Assembly: GCA_002104945.1 (NCBI GenBank) | Contig: MCFH01000075.1 | Coordinates: 158,366-222,365, forward strand | Length of the DNA: 64,000 nt | Reading direction: 5' to 3' | Origin: Piromyces finnis finn | Taxonomy: Eukaryota > Fungi > Neocallimastigomycota | Notes under the pieces: model-generated | What the model saw: the letters and a program-made list of their open reading frames with translations, nothing else | What the model was told of the DNA's origin: nothing | The model's database searches: none | Shown: one piece after another, positions 25,669 through 52,641 of the stretch | Layout: each line of letters starts with the position of its first letter | Position numbering within the stretch: position 1 is the first letter of the stretch | Position numbers and translations under genes: made by a program

Positions 25669-27226
25669 TTTCTTTTTTTACTATATAATGATAATGTAAT
25701 TATTTGTTTGAATTGACAAAAATTTGATTAGAAATCAATTATTAACAATGGATTTATTGTTGTAGTTTATTCTCTTATTATATTATAATAAAAAAACGCT
25801 TATTATTGAATTTTATTTTTATAGATTAATTATTAAATATATATATATATATATATAACTAATTAGATGTTCGTTATTAAATTGATATATATATTTAATA
25901 TTATTTTTGATATAAAAAAAATACTTTTTTAGAATTTTTTTTTTTTTATTTTATATTTAAAATTTCAATTATTATTTTTTATAAAAAAAAAAATATTTTA
26001 AGAAAGAAATAAAATATCTTTTCAAAATTAAAGTTTAATTAATTAAATTAAAAAGGAGAAATTTTATAAATAAAGTAAAAAGAGAATAAATAGAATAAAT
26101 AATAATTAATAATATTATATACAAAAGAAAAGTTTTTTTTTTTAAAGTATTTTTTGTAGAACAAGATAATACAAAAAATAAAAATTAAAAGTTAAAATAA
26201 TAATAATGTATAATTAAAGTTATGGATGATTAATAAATTTGGTTGATAAATTTGTGTGTGTGAATTTAATTTTTAGATGTTGATTAAACTTTAATTATAA
26301 TAAAATTGGATGTAAAAGAAATATAAATTTATTTTTTAACAAAAACTTTAATAATAATTATTAGAATAAGATGGCTCATGGTGGTTGCATTGCTCACAAA
26401 TATTATATTTCAATTATGAACAATTCAATATTTTTTTTTTTAAAATAATCAGTTAAAAGTATTTTTTAGTATTGATTTATTTCTTTTCTCTATCGAAAAT
26501 ATTTATATATATATGATAAAAAGTTTCTTTTTTCATCACACAAAACAATTTCATATAAAATATAGTTAATAGGTATAAGTGTTGTTAAAAAAAAAAAAAA
26601 AATGAGAATTACTAATAATCAAAATAATTAAAATATTATATTGCCTTTCCTAGTATAATTAATTATTTTAATAAATAAATGTTATCATTTATTCCTACCT
26701 AAAATATAAAATGAATAATAGTAAATATGTTTTTTTTTTTTTAATTTTATTTTATTTTCATATTTATTTTTTCTTTGCTTATTAGCTTATTAATTAGAAT
26801 ATTCATTTAATAAAATAAAATATTATTATTTAAAAAATATACAATTTATAAATATAAATAAATACTATGATTAAATTAATATTGTTACTAATAATATTGT
26901 ATAATACAGTTTAATGATATAAAAAACATTATATTAACAATAACATTTTTATTAAAAAAGAGAATTTCTAAAATATGAAAAATTTTATAAATAAAAGAAT
27001 ATACATACTTAAAAAAAAAATATTTATAATAAACTATAATTATGTATTTTAAAATGATTAAATTCTTTTTTTGTTATTATATATGTCTTATTAAATTTTC
27101 TTTCTATATTCCCTCTTTTCTTGATAGTTGAATATTTTGTTTAAAAAAATTTTCAATTGATAGAATTGAAGCTATACAATGGTTTGTTTTTTTATATTTC
27201 CGTTTCTTAAAAATTAAATACAGAAT

Positions 27227-28123
27227 TTATGGACATTTCTTGACATTCTTTGGACGACCATTTGGTGATTTAGCAAAATTTTGGGTCCAATATAAACCTT
27301 TAACACCAGCACCAAAATGAGTATATTGTTTGTTTAAAATATTATTTTTATGACCTTTAATTGATATTGATGGATAATTATTATTTTTTATATATCATAT
27401 ATATTATTTAAAATTAATTTTATTACAATAGTAATAAAAAGTGTTTTCGAGAGAATAATAAAATATAATAGAAAATATTTAAAATAAAAGTACCATAAAT
27501 ATTAGTTATTTATGAATTTGATAGTGTTTATTTTTTTTTTTTTACAAATTCGGTTAATTTAATAAAAAGTTTGCAAAAAAAAAAAAAAAAAAAAAATACC
27601 TTTAGAATTCATCCAAGCTTTCATAACCTTGCTAATACTTTTTTGGTTGTAGGCAACATTTTCGGCACAAGCTCTTGGATTTTTGAAACCACTTTTCTTA
27701 ATTCTTTTCATTGGAGTGGAATAACTACTACTACTTTCACTGTGGGTCATTTTCTTTTTCTTGTATTGATAATTACTGTGTTTTTGAGCACTAGAAGCTA
27801 ATTGACTATATCATTCAATTAAACATTTATAATTATCATTGAAAAAGCAACAATAATAATAACAATAGTAATAAAAAATGAAATATATATATTTATATGG
27901 ACAATTAATATTTAGTTAATTTTTAAAAGAGGTAAAATTCAAATTTCTAAATTCCCTATATTCTATAAACAAATATTTACCTTGAGTAAGCAAGGTATGG
28001 AATACCTCTCTTTCCTCTTTCTTTATTAACCATACAAATCATCTCACGATTTAATTGTTTTAAGGTTATAGCATAAGTATATGCGATAAAAAATAATAAA
28101 AGACAAAATTTTATGAAATTCAT
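27227..28123 (-). CDS. Secreted CAP/SCP-domain protein (YkwD-like), 3 exons (28123-27981, 27805-27600, 27354-27227), 158 aa
   Basis: Signal peptide MNFIKFCLLLFFIAYTYA, then MICMVNKERGKRGI...AQKHS...AENVAYNQKSISKVMKAWMNSKGHKNNIL...HFGAG...YWTQNF. The conserved CAP His/Glu/His residues are present. Confidence 0.88.
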
Positions 28124-29819
28124 TTTTTAAAAGTTATTAATATTTATTCTGAAGAAATAAAACTTTATATCTAATGTATTTATTGTTGTTTTTTATACAG
28201 TCGAATATTTGTTAAAGTAAGTATTAATATTGATGTACTAATTTTAGATTTTATTTTATAATTTTAAGATTGTAAATAAAAGTTGAAAAAAAAAAAAAAA
28301 ACAAAATGTTGTATATATTAACTTGTATATAAAAAATTAATATATTAAAAGTTTCGATATTAAATTTTTAAAAAGCAAGAAAGTAGCCAATTTTCATTTT
28401 ATCATGTACATTCACCAATAATCAAAAGATTTTTTTAATTTATTACAATAAAAAAAAAATAATTATGTAATTTTTTATTTTTTTTTTTTATATTTTTTCT
28501 GTATTAATATTTATTATTTATTATATAATATATATAATAAACAATATATTTTAAATATAAAGAGGCTATATATTAAATAAATTATTTAATAATTATATTT
28601 TAAACTATTTTATTATAAATTAAAATTTAATCATAAACAATACTATTCTAATTAAATATTATGATATATTATCTAATATATAATTAATGAATGAAACTAT
28701 ATTAATATATATTCTCAATTAATTATTAAAAAAATACAAAATGTATGAGCATAATGTATTTAGAAGTAAAAATGTACCGCTTATTTTATTGGTTGAAACT
28801 TATATACAAAGTAATGACACACCATATATTAATTTATATTGATAAAAAATTACCGTTTTTGAAAATTTTAATTTATTAAAAGTTTGGAGATGAAAATGCT
28901 GGCCAAGAGAATTTAAAAGTTGTACTTTGAATAGTGGATATTTTTTAGTAGCATGTGTATATAAAAATATAAAAATAGCTATATAAAAAATAATGTTTTA
29001 TTTTATATTAAAAAGGGGAGTGGATAACCACACTTTTTTGAACTCATTATTATTATCATTTTAAAAAAAAAAGAAAAAGGAAAAAAAGATAAAAATGTTA
29101 ACATTGGAATATTGTAGAAAAAAAAAAGTGAAATATTTACTAGTTGAAATAATTATAGATATTACATCTTTAAAAATGAATATAATTAATCTGTTTAGTT
29201 GTATGTTATAGATAATGACTATTTATATATATGTATATATTACTTTAATTCTGATTTCGTAGAACCTTTAAATTTTCTCTATAAAAAAAAGTAAAATTTT
29301 AACAATTACAATTGAAATACAATAATAAATATTGTATATAAATATTTTCTTTATTACCAATATCTAGAATATTAGAATTTAATTTTAATACAACTACTAT
29401 TACACTTTTAAAATACCAGAATATAATAATTTGTATTAAAAAAAAAACTTGATAAACTAATAAAACTTTATAGAAAAATACACAATACACACATTTCTAT
29501 TTATTTTATTGAAACATTTATATTTACTTTTATTTATTTTACTTATTTTAATTAATTTGAAGGTCTAAGATAATAATTATTTAAATTAATATTAGTTTTT
29601 TTTATCTTCTTTTTTTTTTAAATTCTATAAAGTTTTCATTTATTTATTAATAAAAATTAGCTTTACTATAGTTGATTGTGAAATTCTTTTAATTGATTAT
29701 TGACTTTTTAGAGGTAATTATTTTAATAATATTTCTATTTTTTTTTAAAAAAAAATTTATATTATAAATTGAATATTTCTCTCTCTTTTTTTTTTCTTGA
29801 TATTAATGATTTATTCTAT

Positions 29820-30701
29820 TTAATCTCCGTGAACGGTAATCATGGAGTAAACTGGAGCATTAAGAGAAGATGAACCCTTTAAATCAACTAAATCAATGAT
29901 GAATAAGTATTCCTTAATATTGGCATTACATTTCATAACTAAATCACCAGCAGCGGCAGCACTACCTATTAAGCATTTAATAATTACCAATTTTTTATTA
30001 TAATAGTTTTTAATTATTTTGTTTTTTATCAGTTTTTTTTTTTTTTATTTTATTTTTACATTTTAATTAATTTAATATATTATGTTGATAGAAATAGTTA
30101 CCACCAGTAGCAATTAAATCATCAACGATGATGACATTTTGGTTTTCGCTAAGAGCATCAGCTGGAATTTCAAATTCATCAACACCGTATTCCTTCTTGT
30201 ATTGAGCAACAAAAGTCTTTCCTGGTAATTTTCCCTTCTTACGAATTGGAACAAATTTGCATCCGAGACGGAGAGCAATCATTGGACCTATATAATTATA
30301 ATTAAATTTAACAAATATTATTAATATTATTGTTGTTGTTTTAATTATTATTTTATTTATTAACTACTATGTTTTATAGAAAAAAAAACTAATTAATATA
30401 TGTATAATACATACCGAAAAGGAAACCACGGGCATCAAGACCAACAATAGCATCAACACCATTTGGATTGGTTTCTTTAATGTGATTAACAAAGTGGCTT
30501 ACCATAGCTTCAACAGCTTCTGGGTTTTGGAAGATTGGGAAGATATCTTGGAACATAATTCCCTATTGTATATTCATTTTTTTTTTTTAGTATCTACAAT
30601 TAAATTTTAATTTTTTTTTTTTTTAAATTTAACTTTTATACCTTGATTGGGAAATCTGGAATGACTCTAAGACAGCTCTTGACTAATTCAATGTCAGACA
30701 T
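29820..30701 (-). CDS. APT1: Adenine phosphoribosyltransferase; 4 exons (30701-30642, 30562-30415, 30287-30102, 29965-29820), 179 aa
   Basis: DFPIKGIMFQDI, GLDARGFLFG, RKKGKLPG and the PRPP-binding motif VIIVDDLIATGGS. Confidence 0.95.
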
Positions 30702-30973
30702 TTTCTATTAAAAATAATAGATATATAATAAAATTTAATTGTTAATAAAAAATCATAAAGGTTTTTTTTTCTTAATATTTAAACCATAGAAATAAAATAT
30801 TAACGAGTAAATAAATAATTAATATATATTAATATATTAATCTATATGTTGTTGGGTGTTATCCTTTTTTAAAAAAAAAATAATTTATTAATTAATATTT
30901 GAAACTATCATTTAAAAATTATTTTTAAATTTCACTTTAAAAAAATTTCTATACAGGAAATGATAGTATATAC

Positions 30974-31005
<32 letters not shown>

Positions 31006-32090
31006 TATTATTCAATATCTTATGTTTTAAACAAGTTTGTGAATATGCTATAAGATGATTAATTATTTCGAATTATTACATATCAAAACTATATTTGCAT
31101 TAATCATTGTATTTTTTTTTCTTTTTGGAAATTTTATACAATCTTCTTTTCTGAATTTAATTATTTCTATTTTAAATTTGACGTTATTATCTAGTTTGAT
31201 ATTGCTATTACTTCTGCAGTATTAAAATCTTTACCTTTAAATATTAATATTATTTAATATTAATTTTTAAAAAAAAAAAAAAAAAAAAAACAATAATATA
31301 TTATTATACATAAATTGAAAACTAGTAATTTTATTGGTCAATTGATTTAAAGTAATATATCAAAACTAAATATTATCTTTAAAAAAAAAAAAAAAAAGAA
31401 AAAAGAAAAAAAGAAATAGATAAAATATAACAAAAAGTAATTATTAAAGTAATTATCTATTATATTTAAAATAGGAATTTTGATAAACTATTTTTAATAC
31501 CATTTAATTAGAAAATTGTTATTAATACTGTAAAAAAAAAAAAAAAAATAAAATTTACAAATATAAAAAGTATTTAAAATATTTTAAAAATTTTTAAATA
31601 TAAAATTACTTATTTCAATTATTAAGAATAATAATTTATTAATAGATATCAAAGCACTCAAATATAAATAATAAAGTTTATTATTTATTACTACATAATT
31701 TTATGTATGCTTTACCTATAATTTCATTAATATTTTTTATATAAATCAATTATAAAATATTACTTAATCCATTAATTTATAAAACATAAAACATTATGTA
31801 ACATTTTAAGTGAATAAAATATAAGGCAGTTATATAAAAAAATATAAAAAAATTCAGTTTTGAAAACAAAATAAATATCAAGAAGATTTTATTTCTAGTA
31901 AATATTAATATATATTATTATTTATATATTCTTGGTCTATAGAGTGAATTACACAACTGGTTTATAATACTTTATATAACACTGGCTTAAATTTTTAAAA
32001 ATTACTTTTCGGTTTTTAATAGGATTAGATTAGATATACCTTTTTAATAGATTAATTGTAATATAAATAAAAATAATAATATTTATTATA

Positions 32091-32194
32091 ATAAAACATT
32101 ACATACTTTTATTTTAATAATACTAATCTATTATAAAACATTATATTTTTATTTTAATAATACTAAATTGTTTATTATTATTAAAATAAAAGTA
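32091..32194. repeat. Imperfect direct repeat pair (32091-32126, 32133-32166) plus a perfect 19-bp inverted copy (32104-32122 / 32176-32194)
   Basis: TACTTTTATTTTAATAATA at 32104 is the exact reverse complement of TATTATTAAAATAAAAGTA at 32176. Confidence 0.65.
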
Positions 32195-33761
32195 AAAGCT
32201 ATAATAATTAAAAATGGCTAGGCATTTAGTATATTTAAGTATTTATTGACTGTACTTATAAATAAAAAATCAATCTTTTTAATTATTTTTTACTTTTGTT
32301 AATAGAAAGTAACTTTTACAATAGAGAAATTCAAATAAGTTCAGTTATACAAGATCTAGAAAATTCACCCAGTTTTAAGGGCTCGCACTCGACCTTTTCC
32401 AGACTGACTGAATCTTTTCTTTAGTTATTCTTTTCATTTTTACAAATAGTATTATTTAACTTAACCTTTTTTTACTATTTAATAATGATTATAAAATATA
32501 CTTGTCCAATATATTAATATATATAAATAGTATATATGGTATATTAATAATATATAATTTAATTTCAAAGAAAAAAAAATGTTTTTTTTTAATGTGTCGT
32601 TTTTTTGTGTTCATAATTATTTTAATACTTTTAATATATTAATACTATAATTATAATGTATTAATTAATTTAATATACTTTAAATAATAATATATTATTT
32701 TAAATTAATCCATTGATTATAAATTAATTCTATCCAATATTTTTTTCTCAATTTAATAAAATTTAAAACTTTATTAATTAACAAATTTAAATGAATTTTA
32801 CATTAAAAACTATTAATTATAACTTTTTAAACAAAACAAACATTGTAGTTTTTCATTATAAAAAGTTTTGTTATAATTATTACACATTTAGTATTACCTA
32901 TATCTTTGTAAATTGATTGCACTTTTCTAAAATTTAAGTTAGTAAATCTATTGTTATTTCTATTACTTCAAATGGTTTTACTTTTTTTTATATTAGGTAT
33001 TTAATTAAAAAAGGTTAGTTTTGGTTATTTTCATTGTGTCACCTTAATTTTTTATATATTAATTTAATTAATTTAATTATTTTTAATAATTCTAATTTTG
33101 TGGTAAAAAGTTTAATTATTATTAATTTTTAAAAATATTCATTTTTTGTGCTTTGGTTTAATTATAGATTAGAAATAACATTAAAAATCTATTTAAAGTA
33201 TTTTAATATACTTTAACGTTAATGCGTGTTGGTTAATAAACTAACTCGCCTTTCCATTTGACAATCAAGCTTGTTAAAAAAAGATATTAACATTTCATTC
33301 ACCGACAAAAATATATATAATTATTTTGTGAAATACTGAAAATAAAAATAAAATAAAAAATATTAAAACATATTAGTAAATTTTCAAATTAATAAATTAT
33401 ATCAATTTTTAGTAATGATTAGTTATATAATTTATTAAATATAATGTATTTTTTTTTATTTATTATGAATTTTTTTATATCATCAAATTATTTAATTTAT
33501 TATAAATATTAATTATTCAAAATTAATAATACAATTTAAATACAATTTCATTCATTTGATGATGATATTAAAAAAAAAAAAATCTTTTAATATTTATATA
33601 TAGATTAAAAATTTTCTTTTTTTTTTTTTTTTTTTATTATTATTTTATAAAAAAAATAAACAAGTGAATTTTGTATAAATACTTATTGTTAGAATAGAGA
33701 TATATTTATTCAAAAAAACTTTTAAAAGTTATTATTATTACCCTTATACAAAGTGTACGTT

Positions 33762-33845
33762 TACCTATTTTTAAACTTTTTTTAATTAGAAAGATTCAAC
33801 AAATACCTATTTTTAAACTTTTTTTAATTAGAAAGATTCAACAAA
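33762..33845. repeat. Perfect 42-bp tandem duplication
   Basis: TACCTATTTTTAAACTTTTTTTAATTAGAAAGATTCAACAAA starts at 33762 and again at 33804. Confidence 0.9.
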
Positions 33846-34588
33846 AAATATATATAAATAATTTATACCGACAAATAAAAGAAAATAAAAAAAGTAATCA
33901 TTAAAGCATTTTGAATTATCAGATATATAATAAAATAAACAATAAATAAGCAATATATATTTACAAAAAAGTAATAAAAATAAAAAAAGTGATAATATTA
34001 TTTGTTTTAAACAAATAAATAGATATAAAACAATATTATAATATACAAAAGAATAATTTACAACGAGAAAAAGAAAATATTTTAAATAAACATAGTTTAT
34101 AAAAGTATTTAAAAAAATTTATAAAATTTAAAATATACTAAAAAGTTATTTTAAAACATAAAAAAAATAATTTAAAATATTTTAGTATTTTTTTTTATTT
34201 ATATATTATTTAAAAATAAATATTATGTAATTTTTAAAATTTATAATATTAAAAATTAAATACTAATGATTATTTTTAATTTTTTAAAATTCATAACTGC
34301 CATCAAAAAATAATTTTATTCTCTATTATAATATTATTAATACAGAGTAAAGTTGCTAATTTTATGTTTATTTCATTTTTCTAAATCATAAAATTAAGCA
34401 ACGAAACTTATTATAATTTATAACCATATTTATTTAAATTTATATAAATATTTAATAATTTATTCAATTCAATTAATTTAATATGTAAGTAAATAGTGTA
34501 TAATTAATATTTAATATATTTATATATAAACTAAATGGAATAATTATTTTATTTAAAAATAAATATTTTATGTAATGAAAGAATAAAA

Positions 34589-36476
34589 ATGTCTTCATTC
34601 AGACAATTATTTTGGAATAATAGTTCCAAAAAAGAACAACAAATGAATATTTCATCTCCAATACCACAACAAGCAATGCCACCACCAAAAGGTCCATTAC
34701 CAAAATACCCAAGCAATATTGAACCACAACATCCAAATAGACAATACCAAGAATATCATACTAAAGAAGTTACTCATGACCCAAGACGTGACAGTACTGG
34801 ATTACCAAATGGTCAACTTTATGTTAAAGTTGTTGAAGCTCGTGACCTCTTAGTAAAGAATTCTCAATCAAAACCATATTGTGTTGTTGAATTCGAAAAG
34901 AATGAATTTGTTACAAGAGAAGCTGTTAAGACCGCCATTGGTACTAATTCTGATGGTGAAATGATTACAAGCTCTATTTGGAACCATGATGCCACCTTTG
35001 ATGTTTCAAGAGTTGATGGTGAAGTTACTGTCAGTATCTGGGATCGTTCTGTAAGAGGTGGTGAAGAAAACTTCCTTGGTATGATGAGAATTAGACCACC
35101 ACATGACCATGGTAAGCCAGTTGATAACTGGTTCAGATTACTTCCACGTCACAAAAACGAAGTTGTCAAGGGTGCTCTTCGTCTTAAGCTTATGTATAAA
35201 AAAGTTGCTTCTAAACCACTTTCTGCTACTGACTTCGAATTATTAAAGGTCGTCGGTAAGGGTAGTTTTGGTAAGGTTATGCAAGTTCGTAAGAAGGATA
35301 CTGGTCGTATCTATGCTATGAAGGTATTAGTTAAGAAGGATATTGTTGAAAGACAAGAAATTCAACACACACTCTCAGAAAGAAATGTTTTAATTCAAGC
35401 CACTTCTCCATTCTTAGTTGGTTTAAAGTTCTCATTCCAAACCCCAGAAAAATTATATTTAGTCCTTGACTATATGAACGGTGGTGAACTTTTCTACCAT
35501 CTTCAAAATGAAACTGCTTTCAGTGAAGAAAGAGCAAAATTCTATACTGCTGAATTAGTTTTAGCTTTAAAACATCTTCATAAATACAATATAGTCTACC
35601 GTGATTTAAAGCCAGAAAATATTTTATTAGATAGTAATGGTCACGTTGCCTTAACTGATTTCGGTCTTTGTAAGGAAAACGTTTCCTTTGATGATACTAC
35701 CAATACCTTCTGTGGTACTGCTGAATATCTTGCTCCAGAAGTTTTAACTGGTCAAGGTTACAATAAGGCAGTTGATTGGTGGTCATTAGGTATTTTATTC
35801 TTTGAAATGACCACTGGTTTACCACCATTCTATTCTGAAAATACTAATTTAATGTACAAAAAGATCTTACATAACAAATTATTATTCCCACCAGGTTATT
35901 CTGAATTAGGTCAATCTCTTGTTCGTGGATTATTAGAACGTGATCCAAGAAGACGTCTTGGTGGTGGTCCATCAGATGCTATTGAAGTTCAAAAGCATCC
36001 ATTCTTTGCTGGATTAGATTGGGAAAAATTATATAAGAAACAATATAAGCCACCATTTAAGCCAAAGGTTGAATCAGAAGCTGATACTTCAAACTTTGAT
36101 CCATGCTTTACTGAAACCTTACCAGTTGATTCTTTACCAAATAACCAATCAGCTCCATTAAGTGATTCAGTACAACAAAACTTTAAGGGTTTCACCTACA
36201 CTGATGATGAAAAACTTGAAGTAAGTTTATAATAAAAGTATATATATATAAGAAAATAATAGGGCTAACAATAAATTTTTGAAATATTTTTTTTTTTAAC
36301 TAAAAAATTTCAAAAATTATTTTTAGTCTGTTAATGTAAGCCATTTTTTATATATTTTTAAAAAATTATAATAGTAATAAGATTATTAACATATTTTAAT
36401 TTTTTTTTTACAGTCATTGTCACACTCAATACATAGTTTAAAGCTTAATCCGGTATCTGAATATGATAAATTTTAA
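34589..36476 (+). CDS. C2-domain AGC Ser/Thr kinase, Ypk1/Gad8 (SGK/Akt-like); 2 exons (34589-36220, 36414-36476), ~564 aa
   Basis: C2 domain (LYVKVVEARDL...PYCVVEFEKNEF). Kinase motifs GKGSFGKVMQVRKKDT, YRDLKPEN, DFG, TNTFCGTAEYLAPE and hydrophobic motif FKGFTY. GTAAGT donor at 36221 and CAG acceptor at 36411-36413. Confidence 0.9.
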
Positions 36477-36789
36477 TTTTTTTATGTATTAATTTAAGAT
36501 ACACAATCCATTTTCAAATTCATCATAATTATTATAAATAAAACAACATTCATTAAGAGAGTTTTAATATCAACCCACATGATAATCCATATTAAATAGC
36601 AAAAATCTAAATATATATATAAAATCAATTAAATACAAATCTAATGATTTATTAAAACAAAAAAAGTATTAATTATTATTAAACTTGATCATTTATAGAA
36701 TATTGGTTCATAAAGTTTAAGAACCTTTTTTTATATAACTATAAAATATTTATTCAAATTAGAAAAAAAAAAATACCAACAACAATTAC

Positions 36790-36820
<31 letters not shown>

Positions 36821-39296
36821 TATAAATTGTATATAGTATAAGCAACTTATTTTTAATTTAATATTTTAAAAAGTTATGATGAAATATTTAAATATTTTAC
36901 AATATCATGGATAAAAGATAAAAAAAAAAAAGTATTAAAATTTTTTAGGGAAAGAAAAAATAGTATTACACAACGTCGTAGTAATTTATATATATATAAA
37001 AGGGTTACAAATTATATGGAGATGAAAAAAAAAATATTGGAATATTAAATTATAAAAATTAATATTTTATTATTTTTAAATAATAATTTATACATATATT
37101 TATCGATATGAAATTTCTAATCTTTTTATTATATATATAATTAAAAAGAGATTAAATTAAGGTGACTTTTATTTCTTTGTGATTAAAAGGATCCTATTTA
37201 TTCAATACACCACCTCCCTAAAATAAATATATATTATATATTCAATATCCTAAATTAACATATCCAACAAAAAAAACTAATATACAATCAAAAAATAATT
37301 TATATGTTTAAATATCTAAGTTTTTAATATAAATAGTATTATTTTGATAATAATTAATATATATATATTATAATATTTTATATAAGAAAAATAATCGAAT
37401 AAAAAAAAATTAGTATAATAAAAAAAATAATGAAAGTTCTTTATTTTATATACATTATATATTTATTCATTTATATCTATATATTTTTTAAATATAGAAT
37501 TTTAAATGGTATTTTTTTTTTGTTTAGAAAAAAAATTTTTTTTCTTTATTTTTTTTGTTATAACTAATAAATAATATAAAAAAAAAAGTGTAAATTTTGC
37601 TATTTAAAGGAAAAAAAATAAATAAAATTTATAAATATGTAAAACAATCAAGTATTGCGTGTATTTAGAATGCAAAAATTGTGTAGAATCCTCATTATTA
37701 ATTATTTGATTTTTTAAAGGTGATTTTCTTTCTTTTCATAAAAATTTTTTATGTTTTTTTTTTTTTTTTAATTTAAAACAAACAAACAAAAAATTTCAAT
37801 TCAAAGAATTCTTTCTAAATATATTTATATCTAATTTTATTTAAAATACCAAAAATAAACCACGTTAAAAATTTAATTATTTCTCTTAAAGAAAACTTTA
37901 AAAAAGTTTTTTTTTTGTTATTAACAAGAATATATGCATGTTTTTTTTTTTTTTTTTTTGAATGCAATCAAAATATTTAAATGTAAACTAAAACAAAAAT
38001 ACCTAAAGCAAAGCAATGAAAAACAAAGATTAATCGTTGTTTTTTATATTATTATTAATACATCAAATCATTTTATATTTCAACTAACCATCAACATTCA
38101 ACAAAACTGTAAAAAAAAAAGTGAAATAATAAATTAATTGAATGAATAAATATAATTCTAATAAATATATTAATTATATTTAAATGTATAAATAAATAAT
38201 TATTTAAAAAAAGAGTTTTCTGTGATAGGTAAATCTATTAATAGCCAAAATTTTTAATAATAATAAATAAAGTTTTTTAATTAATCAAAAATTATTCTTG
38301 AATATATTACAATTGATTTTATGTATATTAAATTTAATTTATTATATATTGGACTATATAATATAGAAAAAAGTCTCATTAACAAAAAATTTAAGAATTG
38401 TAATTAATATATTTTTATGTATATTCCATTATAATAATATTATTAAAATAATTAAGTTATATATATATTAATAATATATATTATTATATATTATTTATAT
38501 CATAATTTTAGGAATACTCTAATAATAATCAAAAAAAGGAGAATATAAGACTTTTGCTTTTTTTTTTTTATTTAAACAAACAAAGAAAGTAACAAAAAAA
38601 AAAAAAAAAAAAAGCAAAATAGTAAGGAAAGTAGGATAATTTATTGACGGCATTTTTGTTAAAATTATTTTTCTTAATTATATTTTATTTTTATGATTCA
38701 TTTTTCAATACCTAAAAAAGAAAATTTTAATTAAAGATAATGGTGAATTAAAATTTTTTTTGATTAAATATTTTTTATATAGTATATTTTAAATAAAGTT
38801 AAAAATTTTTTTTTAAATTTTTTTCATTATTTTTTCGTTAAACTTTTGGTGCTTATTTAATAGAACATTAATTAATATTGTTACTCTTTACTTATTAAAC
38901 TGTAACATTTTATATAATTCAAGAAACAAAATAACAAAGAAAACATAACAATAATTAAAATTAACTAAATGAATAAAAAAATACAGTTTTTTTTAGCAAA
39001 AACTTGTGAAACAAAATATTAAATTGTATTAAAAATATTTTCATTTCATAATCATATTTTTTTAACCGAATAAATCTTTTTAACAAAAATACAAATTAAA
39101 CAATTGTAGTGTAAAAAAATTATAAATATATATATATTTATTATTCTAATATAATAATATAATATATATTTTCTAATTTTCTTTTCTTTCCTTTCTTTCT
39201 TTTTTCTCTATTTTTTATTTTTTCGTATCTTTTTTGTAATATCATTTATATTCATTACTTTTTAATAAAATCATATTATTAATATTCGGCTATATT

Positions 39297-39330
<34 letters not shown>

Positions 39331-39369
39331 TTTAAAGCTCTTTATTAAATATCATTCAATATTAATGTC

Positions 39370-48115
<8,746 letters not shown>

Positions 48116-48292
48116 TATCTTTTTATTTTTTTTTTTTTTTTTACTATTATTATTATTATCTTTTTTTTTTTTTTTTTTTTTTTTTCTCAATTTATCTATA
48201 AATAACATATCGTAAAATAAATATGACTTTTTTACAAAAATTTTATATATCTAGTTTATTTTTATTGAAATATAAATATTGAAATCATTTAC

Positions 48293-48438
<146 letters not shown>

Positions 48439-48987
48439 CAATAATTTTTATAAAATAAAACAAATAAAACTCTTATGAATTATTAAAATATTCATTATTT
48501 TTTTTTTAATAAATATTATATAAATATATATTAATAGTTAAAGTTTATTAATTTTTATTTGTTGTTGAAATGATAAAAAAAAAAAAAGGATAAATAAAGT
48601 ATAGTTTAAATGAGATATAAAAATGATTATTAATACTACAATAATTATTATTATTATAATAATTATTGTTGTATTATAATATATAGAAGAATGAAAAATG
48701 ACAATAATGAAAATAAAAAAAATAAAATAAAGTGTTTATAATTTTTTTTTTTTTAAAAAATATATATATATATATTATTAAAAATTTTGTATATTTTATA
48801 TGATGTTATATTTTACCCTTTATTAATAATTATTATTATTAATAGTATTTTTTTTATTTTCATTTCTATATCTATTGTTTTTTGTTTTAATTGCTTTTTT
48901 GCTTTTTTGCTTTTTTGCTTTTTTTTTTTTTTTCTTAATGGAAATTATTAATTTTTATAATTGTTCTTATTATTTATAATTTTTTTT

Positions 48988-52641
<3,654 letters not shown>

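Noticed and set aside
26351-26430. Short GC-richer patch ATGGCTCATGGTGGTTGCATTGCTCAC, and similar patches near 28741-28930 and 31020-31240
   Set aside because: Only short ORFs (under 40 aa) with no consistent splice model or motif. They may be decayed fragments, but no call is supportable.
36274-36318. 12-bp inverted repeat in the kinase intron (AATTTTTGAAAT/ATTTCAAAAATT)
   Set aside because: It is almost entirely A/T and is expected by chance at this base composition.
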